Origin: Negaprion brevirostris
Lineage: Eukaryota
DNA: 64,000 nt
Direction of reading: 5' to 3'
Assembly (NCBI GenBank): GCA_030324005.1
Contig: JARDVH010000110.1
Coordinates: forward strand, 40,563,308 to 40,627,307
Shown one piece after another: positions 11,147 to 24,415 of this stretch; the stretch's first letter is position 1; every line of letters begins with the position of its first letter. The notes under the pieces were generated by a model, which searched no databases, was not told where the DNA came from, and was given only the letters and a program-made list of their open reading frames with translations. The position numbers and the translations under genes are program-made.

Positions 11147-12535
11147 TGATTTGAATTATTATTGTCACATGTATTGGTATACAATGAAAATATTGTTTCT
11201 TGCACTCTATACAGATAAAGCATATTGCCCATAAAGAAAGGAAGGAGTGCAGAATGTAGTGTTACAGTCACAGCTAGGGTGTAGACAGAGATCAACTTAA
11301 TGCGAGGTAGGGCCATTCAAAAGTCTCCCAGCAGGGAATGAACTGTTCTTGAGTTAGTCGGTGCATGTCCTCAAACTTTGTTGTTTTCCCGATGGAAGAA
11401 GGTGGAAGAGAACATGCCTGGGGTGCGTGGGGTCCTTAATTATGCTGGTGGCTATTCCAAGGCAGCAGGAAGTGTAGACAGTGTCTGGGTGAGAGGTTGG
11501 TTTCAGTGATAGACTGAGCTTCATTCATGACCCTTGTAGTTTCTCGTGGTCTTGAATAGAGCAGGTGCCATTCGAAGCTGTGATACAACCAGAAAGAATA
11601 CTTCCTATGGTGTTTCTGTAAAATCTGGTGAGAGTCATAGTGGACGTTACTAAATTTCCTTAGCCTTCTGAGAAAGTAGAGGATTTCTTAGAGGTTGTTG
11701 GGCTTTCTTAATGAAAGTGTCGGCGCCGGGGGACCAGGGCAGGTTGTTGTTGATCTAAACACCTAAAAACTTGAAACTCTCAACTATTTCTATTCCTTCC
11801 CCATTGATGTAGACAGGAGCATGTCCTCCACTGCACTTCCTGAAGTCAATGACTATTTCCTTCAATTTGTTGACATTGAGAAAGAGATTGTCATCTCACC
11901 AGTTCACGAGATTCTCTCTCATTTCTGAAATCAGTCTCATCGTTGTTTGAGATCTGACCCATTATGGTGGTGTCATCAGCAAACCTGAAAATGGAGTTGG
12001 AGGCCACTTAGTCATCGGTGTATAAGGAGTATAATAAGGGGCTGAGGACACAGCCTTGTGGGACACCGGTGTTAAGGATGATTTGTGGAGTGATATTGTT
12101 GTCTATCCTTGCTGATTGTTATCTGAGAGTTAAGAAATTCAGGACCTGGCCGCAGAGGGAGGAGCTGAGCTCCAGGCCGTGGAGTTTGTAGACGAGTTTG
12201 TTAGGAATAATGGTGTTGAAGGCTGAGCTGTAATTGATAAATAGGAGCCTGATTATAGATGTCTTTGTTATCTAGGCATTCCAAGGTTGAGTGCAGGCCA
12301 GGGAAATGGTGTCTGCTGTGGACCTATTGCAGCATTAGGTGAACTGTAGTGGATCCAGGCAATCTGGCAGGCAAGAATTGATTCATGCCATGACTGATGT
12401 TTTGAAGCACTTTGAAAGTCATTAAGGCATGCTACTTGGCTTTTTTGATACTGGGGTGATTGCCTTGAGGAAGATAGGGACACCACATTGTTGTAAAGAG
12501 AGGTTGAAAATATCTGCAAGTACCCCTGCCAGCTG
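11147..12535 (-). mobile_element. Rex1/Babar-type LINE, ~1.4 kb 3' fragment with decayed RT ORF
   Basis: The minus strand reads remnants such as RLLFINYSSAFNTIIP, TGVPQGCVLSPLL and FADDTT. Same 3' UTR as the copy at 3705. Confidence 0.75.
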
Positions 12536-12544
12536 CGCTGCATT

Positions 12545-12820
12545 TATTTCCCACACCTAATAATCCTTAAGAGTGGTGAGCTATCTTTTTAAACTGTTGC
12601 AGACCACGTGGTCTAGATATTCCCACCATGCTGTTGGGAAGGAAGTTCCAGGATTTTGATCCAGCAACGGTGAAGGAACGACAATATAGTTCCAAGTCAG
12701 GATGGCGTGTGACTTGGAGAATTTGCAGATGGTGGTGTTCACACGTGACTACTGCTCTGGTTCTTCTAGATGCTGGTGGTCATGGGTTTGAAAAGTGCAG
12801 CCAAAGGAGCCTTGGGGTTG
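12545..12820 (-). mobile_element. CR1/L2-clade LINE 3' fragment
   Basis: Similar to the repeats at 17000-17370 (opposite orientation) and 61650-62090. Confidence 0.55.
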
Positions 12821-12821
12821 A

Positions 12822-13095
12822 GCTTTTACTAGTGTCACAAGTAGGCTTACATTAATATTGCAATGAAGTTACTTTGAAAATTCCCCACTCCCCACACTCT
12901 GGTGCCTGTTTGGAAACACTGAGGGAGAATTTAGCATGGCTAACGGACCATCCAAACACGCCTTTCGGACTGTGGGAGGAAACTGACGCAGACATGAGAA
13001 AATGCGCAGCCTCTGCACAGTGACCCAAGCTGGGAATTGAACCTGGGTCCCTGGCACTGAGGCAGTGTGGTAACCACTGTGCCACCATGCCACCT
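12822..13095 (-). mobile_element. tRNA-derived SINE (HE1-related subfamily with a TTACTAGTGTCACAAGTAGGC tail)
   Basis: Minus-strand head GGCATGGTGGCACAGTGGTTACCAC...GGGTTCAATTCCCAGC; same family as 34845-35135. Confidence 0.8.
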
Positions 13096-14119
13096 TCCTT
13101 GCAATATTTCCCAAATGACAACTTGTATGGTGTTCTGGCATTTCAAAAAGACAGACGTTTTGTTTTACGTGGATGTCTGGCCATTTCATATTTTATTACT
13201 TGTGGTACAAAGATTGTTCTGCATAATTAGACTTGTATAGTTACTCAAGTATTTAGTTTAAGATCTGTTAATTTGTCAGTGAATCCAAGCAATGGCTGGT
13301 GGTGTCTTACCTCTCTGCCATCTACGTGGTTCAAGAAAAGGTCCTCATGCTCACTTTGAGTTTTGCTGGGGATATTAATTTGCCTAGTCTGTTTACTTGA
13401 GTACGTGTTTCAAGAATGATTTTAATACCATTGAGCCACTTTTGGTCCAGAGGTTTTGTTCTCTTGGCAGCACCTGCCTTCAAAGATTTTTTTAAAGGAC
13501 ACAAAGCTGCTCCTCTACATTTTTAAGCTTTTACACAACCTCACCAATGCCTGGCAGTTGCCATGCGCAACCAGCTAGTGTGTTAGCTGATCATCATGTA
13601 ATTTACAAAATTTAAACATGCAGCTTGTAGGCAAATATTTAAATTTGAGGATGAGGGATGATGGACATGATTAGCCTACAGTCATGCCTGTCAAGTTTCC
13701 TTATCTTCTGTCTTCTCTAAGCCTTGTGGAGTAAACATCCTCTTGGAGGGAACGGGGAAGTATTTGATTGGAATTGATCGAACTTGGCACAGTCACCCGA
13801 TATCTTGGGATAAGTTGGCTATTAAGTATAGAATAATATACTAGGCCAAACTTGTGAACTCTGCAAAGCATTTCAGTGCCAGTCCTGAAGTCCTATTTTC
13901 TATGATTTCTGTGAAAGCTAGTCCCACTGCAGCATATCCTTTAAATGTTCCTAATCTCTCCAAGTACATGTCCACATGGACATCTCTAGCCTCCTTGGAC
14001 CCCTTCCCATTCAAATCCTATGCAATTTTATCTTTTGGCTTGTTTGCTGACATATATTGTCTTAAAATCATTCATTATAACTCCTTTTTCAAAGTTTTTT
14101 TCAAAAAACTTGCTTGCCA

Positions 14120-15000
14120 ACTCTCGGCTATCTCAAATCTTCTTCCTTCTCTAAAATCTTTGAATATGTTGTTAGTTTTCAACTTTGTGTCCATCTCCCC
14201 ATAACACTATCTGATTCTTTTCAACGCAGCTTCAGCCTTTACACTGCCAAAGTAATCCTCATTATCATCAACGATATCCACTGTGGCTGTAATTGAGGTG
14301 GATNNNNNNNNNNNNNNNNNNNNNNNNNNNNNNNNNNNNNNNNNNNNNNNNNNNNNNNNNNNNNNNNNNNNNNNNNNNNNNNNNNNNNNNNNNNNNNNNN
14401 NNNNNNNNNNNNNNNNNNNNNNNNNNNNNNNNNNNNNNNNNNNNNNNNNNNNNNNNNNNNNNNNNNNNNNNNNNNNNNCCCTAAATCTTACATCACTTAC
14501 GTAGTTTCCAAAGTCCTTTCCTTTACAACCCCTGACTCTTCTTGCCTATATCCTGCCTGTAGGCACTACCATTTATAGATGTGGTGCAGCTTATACACAT
14601 ATGCAGTTGTCACCCTGCTCTAATAGTCCTTGGCTTCTTGATTCTCTCTGTGCTGTCAATTAGTCCAACATTTGGTGTGAAATGAGGCTTTGACTTTGGA
14701 TTTCAACAGAATACTGTCTTTATAACCTTCTGGATTCCTGTATCCTCCAAGACATCATCTCTGACTCTTTAGGCATCACACTGTCCCTTCAAGTGAGCTT
14801 TGTTTCTATGCACTTGGAATTTCTTGGCCAATTTCTGCTTCTCCACCCTTCACTTCTTTAAAAGTACCCCTGAACCACATCCTGCTGTCCAATTTCTCAA
14901 TGAATTGTGTCGTTTGCAGTTGCTAAATTTCTCGATACCAAAGGTACTACACGAGGTTGCTTGCCCGCCATGTCTATTATGTTAAATACACTTGCTGTTT
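14120..15000 (+). mobile_element. Old L2-clade LINE remnants, interrupted by a gap
   Basis: Pyrimidine-rich decayed RT-like sequence (SAFTLPK..IINDI-like) and an L2-like 3' end near 14850-15000. Confidence 0.45.
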
Positions 15001-15819
15001 ATGGACGAGTTTCAGGTGATTTATGATGCCTTCAATGTGGAAGTCTGGCATGTAGCCATATAAAACAGTATTACATAAGCCCATTTGGCTTCATAATTTT
15101 GGATTTCCATACACAAATATCGAGAAATATTAGACATTTTTAAAATGAGCAATATAGATGTAAGGAGATTAAAAGGGAGAGCACAAAGTGAAGTTGATAG
15201 TTAACAAAATTGAAGCATTTTCCCACCGAGAATTAAAAACATTTGAATGAATTGAGTATTGATGTATTTAGTGAACTGATTTCTGTTGTACAATTTTATA
15301 CATTCATAGTATGGAGTGGTGGTGATTAAGGGAAACAATGGAGAGAATATGAATATATGCCATGAGCATCCTGGTTATAGGTAAAATGTAGTAATTGCTG
15401 TATTATTATTATTTTCGGTTCTCAAATTCGACATTATAAATTGTCTGAAAATCAGCTGCATTTATTTTTAGTCAGATTAGTGCCTGTACCAAGATAAATT
15501 TTAGGAGCGTGGCTCTGTCAGTGTTTGAGGGTCTTAGCAGTAATCAGTCAAAATTACATTTGTGAAAAGCAGAGTTTGAAATGTGGAAGTAATTTACTCT
15601 TGTTCAGTGCAAATTTTACAGGGTGACTGGTAGTGTTGACTTGCATTCAGAAGGGATACATTTCACACCTACCCTTAGTTAAGCTGTTCTTGGTTTTTTT
15701 TATTAGTTGCTGAAGTGAAACTACTAACATTTAGAGAAACAAATGTTAGAAGACATTAACCAAAGGCTTGGGTAGGAAACCACATGCCCTTGCAACTGGG
15801 GTTTAGTTGTTGCCACAAA

Positions 15820-18800
15820 CTCAACATTTGCTGCGGTTAATTTCTATCATCTGGTAGGTGTTCATTGCTAGGCACTTGTCTGAATGCCATCCAGGCTGTG
15901 ATGTGGGGACCGACTGCTTCATTATCTAAGAAATTGCAGTTGAGACTGAACATTGTGCAATCAGGCAACATCCCCACTTTGACCTTATGCTGGAGGAAAA
16001 GTTGATGATAAGCAGATAAAGATGATTGGGCCTAGAACATTCTTCTGAGGAACTCTTGCAACAATGTCCTGGGGCAGTGCTCATTGGCCTGGAATGTGAA
16101 AAATAAGCTTCAGTGGCTATGACCCCAGTCTGGAGAGTTATTCCCTGATTCCTAGTGACTTCAATTTTACAAGGACTCCTTGATGCTGCGCTTTTATCAA
16201 ATGGTGCCTTAATGTTGGGAGCAGTCACTCTTACCTACACTCTGGAATTCGGCCCTTTTTGTCAATGTTTGAGTCGGGCTGGGACAAAGTGACTCTGGTG
16301 AAACCCGTGTTGCATTTTGATGCAGAAGTCATTGCTGATATAAATGCCACTTAATTGCACTGTTGCTTCCAACACTTCCTGATTGAGAGTAGACTGGGTG
16401 ATAATTGGCCAGATTGAGTTTGTCCCTTTTGTGGAAAGGACATAACTAAGCCATTTTCCATTTTCTTGGGTAGGTATCATTGTAGATAGACTGGAAAGCT
16501 TGACTCAACATGTGGCTAATTCTGCAGAACAAGTCTTTAGTGTTCTAGCCAGAATGTTGTCATGGCATATAGCCTTTGCTATATTTGTTGTACTGGGCCA
16601 TTTTTGATGATATGTAGACTAATTGAATTGACTGAAGGCTGCTTTTCTGATAACATGGATCTCTGGAGTTGGCAGAGATGGATCACCACCTCAGAATTCT
16701 TTGCTCAAGGTGGTTGCAAACAATTCAGTCTTGTACTCAAATGCTGAGTTCTGTCATTGAAGAAGGGGATGTTCATGGAGCTTTCTGTGTTTATTTGATC
16801 ACTCCCACTCAGTGGACATGTGATGGGCTTTACTTGGTTCAGCCAATAACGCATTCCTTCTGCTATGAGGCCTTGTTTCAGCAGCTTGGAGTCTAGGAAT
16901 CCTACAGTAAGAAACTCCTGACTTCACAATCTACAGGGTACAGGTTAGAAGTGTGATGAATGAGGACAGCTCCAACAAAACCTTGAAGCTTGACACCATC
17001 CAGGACAAAACAACTCACTTGATAGGTGCCCCATCCCCAAACATTCACTCCCTCCACCACTGACGCACAGTGGCAGCAGTGTGTACCATCCATAAGATTC
17101 ACTGCAGGAACTCACCTAAGGCTCCTTATCCCCTTTTAAACCCTCAACCATTTCCATCTAAAAATCAGGGGCAACAGAGACATGGAAACATTACCACCTG
17201 GAAGTTCCCTTCCAAGCTGCTCTCAATCCTTCACTGTCGCTGGGTAAAATCCTGGAACTCCCTCCTCAACAGAACTGTGGATATACTAACACCACCACAT
17301 TCTCGAAAGCAATTGGAGATGGGCAATAAATGCTGGCATAGCCAGCAAAGCTCACATCTCAAATTTTTTTAAAAAAGGTTGCAAAGCAAATTGCATTTGA
17401 GTGCGGCTTGCTGCTGATCCATTCTGCCTCATTGATGCCTAGCTTTTAAGCTGTGAGATCTTTTCCGAATCTGTCCCATTTAGCATACTGATAGTGCCAT
17501 ACAATATGATAGAGGGAGTTTGCAGTGCACAGCTGAGACTTTCTCTCCTGCTCCTGCTAATGCTGCCATAATGGATGCATTTGCAACAAGGAATATTAGT
17601 GAGGATGAGGTTGGGTTTCTTGTGTTGGTTCTCACCACCTGCTGTAGTCCCCAGTGCGCAGTGATGCCAATAAGTGCAAAATACTGCAAATGCTGCAAAT
17701 CTGAAATAAGAGCTAAATGATCCCCATCATGTCTGAAAACTGGTGGCTAAATAAACAGTGGGAGGAAGAAACTTCATTAATGTCCTTATTCTCGGTGATA
17801 TGTCCTTCAGATGTGGCTGGCTTGATCGGTTGTTGTATTTTTGAGCCACTCTTGGTGATGGACATTGAGATCTTTTGTTGCCTTCGGTGCTTCTTCCAAG
17901 TGGTGTTCAACATGGAATATTCATGAATGGCAGTAGATGGTCAGCCTTGCTAGCCCATTTTTGACCTGGTGCCATTGGACTTCAGGTCTAGAGTCATTGC
18001 TGAAGAATCCCAGACCTCTGCCTCCAGATTGTACAAAGAACAGCCCAGCACGGGAAACAGGCCCTTCGGCCCAACAAGCCCGCGCCGCCGCATCCTCCTA
18101 CACCTACCCTGCCCTGTGTGTATGTGAGTGNNNNNNNNNNNNNNNNNNNNNNNNNNNNNNNNNNNNNNNNNNNNNNNNNNNNNNNNNNNNNNNNNNNNNN
18201 NNNNNNNNNNNNNNNNNNNNNNNNNNNNNNCAAGGAGAAGAGTCCCAGTTTCTCCAGCCTTTCCTTGTAACTCAGCCCTTCCATGCCAGGCAACATCCTG
18301 GTAAACCATTGTATACCATTGTGTCACCACACCCAGTGGAATAGTATGTTGAGCTGTAGTTTCACTGGTGGAACAGTTCTCCCAATTTTGGCATTACTCC
18401 CCAGATGTAAGTGAGGGTATTTATCAGGGAGGCTATGCCTTTACCAATCCAGTGCCTCAGTCAATCCTGAGTGATTCACCAGATTTTATTCCTATTAAAC
18501 TTCTTTGTAGAAAGTTGAATTGTCTGGTCAGCCATTTTCAGAGGGCAGTTTGAGCCAACTACATTGTTGTTGATCTGGAGTCACATAGGCCACGCTAGAT
18601 AACCATGACATATTTGCTCCCCCAAAGGGCATTAGTGAACCAGTGGTTTCATGAGCCAGTTAGGCCTGCAATGCTCCATACTATTGATTGGCCAGCTGGT
18701 TTGGTCAATGGGCTAAAGGAGAGGAGTGGAGAAGCTTCCAAAGCTGATGGGCTAGGATTCTTCACACACTGTCCCCATATATCCCTGTAAGTTGCATTCC

Positions 18801-18890
18801 TCGTGAATGGGAATCATGCTTTTCCCGACCACCAGCTTTTGACTTTTTCAATGGCCTACTTCTGCTCCTATTTCTTATGTTCTTATGTTC
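15820..18890. mobile_element. Nested cluster of decayed CR1/L2-clade LINE fragments in both orientations
   Basis: Plus-strand KLDTIQDK-like remnant at 16960-17370; CpG-retaining CR1 tail at 18030-18310 (MLPGMEGLSYKERLEKLGLFSL on the minus strand). Confidence 0.65.
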
Positions 18891-21331
18891 AATTAGTAGT
18901 CATTGGCCCAATAATTGCTGTCAGAATAATGAGATGAATAGTCTTTATTATTTAGGTGCAGGAACATAGCAACGTCCAGCAAGGACAGGTGTGAGAACAA
19001 ACACAAAAACATGATGCTCTGACATTGGCTTGATGAAAATTGGCTTTTGCTGTCTGGCTCCCTATAAAATTGCATAGTGGCATGCATTTCCTGTACTTAA
19101 CAGTACATGTGAAGTAAATGCACCACAGAATTTTAAATCTGAGTATTCTTATAACCCTTTGCAGTATCATTACTGGCACTCAACACATTTTTAGTGCCAG
19201 AGAAGTTAATAAAAGTCTCAATCCTTCAGTTTTTGACTGTTGAAAACAAGAATTAAAACTTGTTATTTCTTTCTCTTTGCCTCCAACTTTTAACAAACTG
19301 ATTTAATGTTAAATTCACCATTCTAACTTCTTCCTAGTTCAGACCTTGCATAGTTCATTTCACAATCTTTCAACCCCCTTAGTTAAGATGCACTTGCCTG
19401 CACTGTTTAGTCAAGATATGAGATAAATTTGAGAGTGCCACGTCATTTCCACCTTGGACTTCCAGCAATGGGGAAGGCCAAGTTGGTAACTAATGGCAAG
19501 TGCTGTTGAGTGACTTACAGGAATTTTGGGCTTGTTTTTATTTTGACAACTATAGTGATACTGCTTTACAAAAATTATCATTGACAACTTTGATATTACA
19601 TCAGCATTGTAGCAAAATTGTCGATTTCTGATCCCAGCCAACTTCAAAAGGGTATTTTTGTGGTAACTTCATATTATATGTATCTTGTATGTATAAATAT
19701 GTTTACTAACTTTCAAAAGGAAAAATATTCAAAGTAATTTCACCCAGTTTCCTTGTTACCAACTCTCCTGCTGCAAAGTTTCTCTCCATTAGCTCTATTA
19801 ACATTTTTCATAATTTTAAAATCTTTAAATCTCTTCTTGCCTTATCCTGACTTGGCTAATCGTTAACTAATGGAAAAGCGTGGTTAATTCACATCCTTTA
19901 TGTTTGAATGATGGGTCTCTCACCCAAGTAACAGTATAATGCAAATGATGAAGAAACAGGATAAATTGTGCACCAACCTTCGAATTTCTTCATTTAACTA
20001 CATGTGGATGCTGACTGTTGCTGTCCGATTTTGCTCTGTAATGAAAGTGAATGTTTTGTTCCTATTGCATAATCCAGTCCCATACATTTATGTTGAAGTT
20101 AAACAACCTCTGCTGAGTAACTGCATTATCTGTTTCAGCCAGTGTTCTATTTATAATCCTGGCCGACAGGCAGGTGGGTTTAAAAAATACACTGGAGGTT
20201 GCTGGGACTTAGCACCACCATTTGACAACCATGGTTTAATGCCTCTCAGGAGCAATATTTTGTGGTATCTTAGTAATATCTCTTCCATGCATCCTCACAT
20301 TTTCTTTCTGGATACAAGTCAAAAACTCACTCCAGGTTTCCAGTGCAGTTTAATGTTGCTGTGAAGTGAAAATCACTTTGCAACAATGTAAATGTTAAAG
20401 TAATGAAGCATCTTACTATTACGCTATACTATTTCAAACCTGAAAGTGCTTTTNNNNNNNCACAAGTGAATGCTTAAAGGGTGATCTTTAACATCCTTTG
20501 CAAAGGATGCAAGAATGCAAAGTTAACGGTTGCCTACCATCAAATCAATGGGCTGTATTAGATGCAAAGCTGGAAATAACTTGAGGAAAAACAAGGATCT
20601 GCACAGGTGTAGCAGTTGGTAAAGTTTCTCGAGTGAAACTAACTTTTTTATAGTTTGCTAAAAATATATTTTTAAACACTTAACAGAGCTAGCCACTATG
20701 ATCATTTACCTTAGACTTGCTTTGTAGTATGGAAGAAAGCACGTTAGTTCATCAGGTGTCCAAACATTTTCAGAGGCTTGTTTGAAACTGCTGAAGGTTA
20801 ATTCAAATTTAGTCCCAGGGCTGCTTTTGAATAAATGATCTGTGATTTGCATGCCTTGAAATTTTAATTTCAAGTTGCATAATTCATGATCCAGCACCAA
20901 AGGAAACCTTTTTTAGTTGGCTATATTTCTGACAAATTTAAACAGTGTACTTTTCATATTGGTTCAAAAAGAACAGGAAGGAGTACAAAAATATGTTCAG
21001 AATTCAGATCTAATTTTTGCTTTTTAATAATTGTATCAACCTGTGATGTACATTTGTATTGGGCAGGGTAGAAATTGAAAACTTGACAATTTTTAAAAAA
21101 GCTTGTAATAGTAATGAGACAAGGCAGGAAAGGAAGCTGCTGTCTTCAGAAGCATCTGGCTTAATATATATTCCAATCCCTTAATCAGAAATGTCAAGTT
21201 ACTTTAGTTGTATCTTATTTTAAATTGCATGTTTAGTATGAAATGAAGCTCACTAACCTTATTTGTGCATGAACTGCATTTAATGTATGGCTGTTATGTT
21301 TGTGTCTTTGCATTTTCGCCTGCAACACTCC

Positions 21332-21338
21332 TACTAAC
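21332..21338 (+). promoter_or_regulatory. Perfect-consensus U2 branch point (TACTAAC) for the exon starting at 21360
   Basis: TACTAAC with the branch A at -23 from the acceptor; no AG between it and the acceptor. Confidence 0.75.
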
Positions 21339-21359
21339 TGTGATGAATCAAAACAAAAG

Positions 21360-21516
21360 GAATTGGTAAATTATCCACTGCTGATGGTAAAGCCTTCGCA
21401 GATCCTGAGGTACTCCGAAGACTGACTTCTTCTGTTAGCTGTGCGTTGGATGAAGCTGCTGCTGCCTTGACCCGAATGAGAGCAGAGAATACTTTAAATG
21501 CAGGACAAGCAGACAA
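21360..21516 (+). CDS. ANKHD1: ANKHD1 coding exon (~exon 3), 157 nt: (G)IGKLSTADGKAFADPEVLRRLTSSVSCALDEAAAALTRMRAENTLNAGQAD(N)
   Basis: AAAG|GAATT acceptor and AA|GTATGT donor. The translation matches the MASK-family N-terminal conserved segment. Confidence 0.93.
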
Positions 21517-22319
21517 GTATGTGTTTCTTTTTATTTATGCATTTGTGTGGGGGGTGCAGGGGGAGGTTGAAACTGGAAAGGATGATTTTTCAGCAAAACA
21601 TTAAGTAGTATACAATGCCTCAACTTTAAAACTTTATTCTGTGATTTTGGGATTTTCATTTCAAGTGATTGTATCCTCTGATTCTTTCCATGAATTTATG
21701 ATAACTGAATCAATTAAATTATGTTCACACTAGACAAGTTGCTTTGACACAATGATTTTACTCTTGTGTCCTTCAGTGAAAATCCCAATTAATGGTCTTC
21801 GTATCTAGTGTCCAATTATATTCTACTTTGTATAGTCATTGCATGGCTTCAAAGCACCAGAACAACTAATATGACAATGTTTGACTATTTTAAGTTTATG
21901 CATCTCAGCAGACGTACATAAAAAGTACTTATGTTTGTTCATATTAACCCTTAGACTGGTCACATTAAAAAAACATCTTAACTGGCTAAGGTTTTGTTAG
22001 GGCACAGTGGTTGCTAATTTTAGTCAGTTATAGTCAAAATACTAAACTGATTTCAAAACCAGGATTGTTTTGTCTTGGGTGTTTATGGTTGAATACACAG
22101 AACAAGTATAGAATACCAACAGTGTGAGCCCAGAGCATAGACAATATATTGAATAGATGTGATTTAGAAGGACTTGTAAAGTTAAAAATGTTGGGAAGGG
22201 ATGTTAGGGTGGAAGGTGAATCTAATCTTGTACCTGATTGTTGGAGAGAAAATGCTCATTTTATATTAAAAAACAGAAGTATAGGTGCTTGGGTATATCC
22301 TTTAATAGTGAAGGCACAG

Positions 22320-22625
22320 AAAATTAGATGTACGCCTTAGATTTTGTGGGTTGAGTCAGAAAGCCACCTAACCGATTTTCCTGTTTCTCAGAAACTGGAA
22401 AGGATGAGCTCAGAAAAATGAGAGGGATTTCATTGAAAAAGATAAAATTCTGACAGGGCTGAACAAATTGAATGCAGAGGTAATATTTCCTCTGGCTTGG
22501 GGTATCTGGAACAAAGGTTTGCCTACTCAGGATATGAAGGATGCCATTTAGGATTTCAGTGAGGAGAAATTTCTTCAAGGTGGTGAACCTGTAGAATTCG
22601 CTACAGCTTTCTAGACACTAATATT
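22320..22625 (+). mobile_element. CR1 LINE 3' fragment
   Basis: Typical CR1 ending GGATGCCATTTAGGATTTCAGTGAGGAGAAATTTCTTC...GTGGTGAACCTGTAGAATTC. Confidence 0.65.
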
Positions 22626-23066
22626 TGAGATATAGAATCATAGAAGTGCAGAAGGCGACTGTTTGGCCCATTGAATCTGCATTGACCCTGAATACCTTAA
22701 CCAGGTTTCTTCNNNNNNNNNNNNNNNNNNNNNNNNNNNNNNNNNNNNNNNNNNNNNNNNNNNNNNNNNNNNNNNNNNNNNNNNNNNNNNNNNNNNNNNN
22801 NNNNNNNNNNNNACATACCATCCCCCACGCGCGTACACATACCATCCCCCACGCGCGTACACATACCATCCCCCACGCGCGTACACATACATCTTTGGAT
22901 GCTAAGAAGCAATTTAGCAAGGCCACTTCACCTAACCTGCTCAATTTGGAGCTCCCAGGGTAAACCCACGCAGACACTAGGAGAATGTGCAAACTCCTCA
23001 ATCGCTCAAGACTACAATTGAGCCTGGCCTCCTGGTGCTTTGAGGCAGGTGTGCCAACCACTGTCC
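22626..23066 (-). mobile_element. HE1-like SINE containing an internal minisatellite and a gap
   Basis: Tail ATAGAATCATAGAAG; body CAATTTAGCAAGGCC...AAACCCACGCAGACAC...AATGTGCAAACTCC. Confidence 0.75.
22813..22890. repeat. 24-bp tandem repeat ACATACCATCCCCCACGCGCGTAC, at least 3.25 identical copies abutting a gap
   Basis: Units start at 22813, 22837 and 22861, with a partial unit at 22885. Confidence 0.95.
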
Positions 23067-24267
23067 GGGGGAGAGTGGGAATATGACATTGAGATAGAGG
23101 ATCTCAATGGACCTATACCTCCTATTTTTTATGTTTCTCTTCTGACGACACTAGGCAACGATTTATGATTTCAGTGGATAGTCACAGCATAAATTCTGCT
23201 CTATTATAGAATACTAAATTAATCACTAAACCAAAAGTTGTAATTTTAAACTGACAGAACTCAAGAATAGAGCTCCTACAACACAGGTGAATGCCACTTA
23301 ATAAAAATTTTATTTACTTGATCACTGCGTAACAATTGCCCTGGCAATAGCCTTGATGAATTTCTGCACTTGTATATGCACTGCATACTCTCTTATGCCA
23401 GGCAATGTTGCTTAGATCCTGATAGTGAAATTCTGTGACTGCACTATTTTTATATTCCAGTGAATCTAATTAATGTTTCATTGTTTTATTTGTGGGATAT
23501 TGTGCATAAAGAGATTGTCAAGCTAAACTGTCATGATGAATTAACCCAGGAATCCACAAACGAGGAAAGCTGAGACATTTGGAATCTAGGAAGTGTTTTT
23601 TTCACCTTCCACTGCCAGAGAAAATGAACTTCAATTTATGGCAATCCATCCATCCATTCTCTTGTAAATTACTACCTGTTAATGCTCATTGAGAATTAGT
23701 GTGCCAGTTCCCTAATCCAGGATTGGGCCCAAGCAGCAGCTGGTCTTCATAGGATTCTTATTACTGTGCCATTTGTAGAATTTTTATTGTTGCACCATTG
23801 GCCTTTAAGATGTGGTGGTTTTAATATAGTTGAGACTGTAACATATTGTGGTTGACAGATCACTATCATGACTAATTTTAATGTTGCAATTTTCTTTTAT
23901 TTACTCCTTGTACATGTGCCATCCTCCGCCTGATTTTAATGTTTTCCTTTTTTGGCAAATGTTTACATTCAATATAATTTAAAAAGCTGAGGTTTTAAAC
24001 TGGTAAATCATACTTTTTATTAACCAGTAGAATAATTAACTGCAAGAGCAATTTATGCAGAAAACCCATGGCATCAGTAGCTATGACTAGTAGTGAATAT
24101 TTTAAGATCAAATGTCTTGTTTCAGGTTTTTGAGCCACACTTGCCAGATACAGATGTGTTTTTTTACACTTCAGCTAGAGTTCAAAAATGAAACCTATGG
24201 AGTATGTATTTCTATAAAATTTGATGACCTGTAAGAATAAGTTATTTAAATTTGTTTCCTGATTTAG

Positions 24268-24415
24268 CCGAAGCTTAGCAGAAGCATGCTCAGATGGAGA
24301 TGTAAATGCGGTCCGAAAACTGCTAGATGAAGGACGAAGTGTAAATGAGCATACAGAAGAGGGTGAAAGTCTCCTTTGCTTAGCATGCTCTGCCGGCTAC
24401 TATGAGCTGGCACAA
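24268..24415 (+). CDS. ANKHD1: ANKHD1 coding exon (~exon 4), 148 nt: RSLAEACSDGDVNAVRKLLDEGRSVNEHTEEGESLLCLACSAGYYELAQ
   Basis: TTTAG|C acceptor, CAA|GTAAGT donor; ankyrin repeats; phase continuous with the neighbouring exons. Confidence 0.95.

Noticed and set aside
22813-22890. CRISPR-like array
   Set aside because: The units are directly tandem with no spacers; this is a eukaryotic minisatellite.
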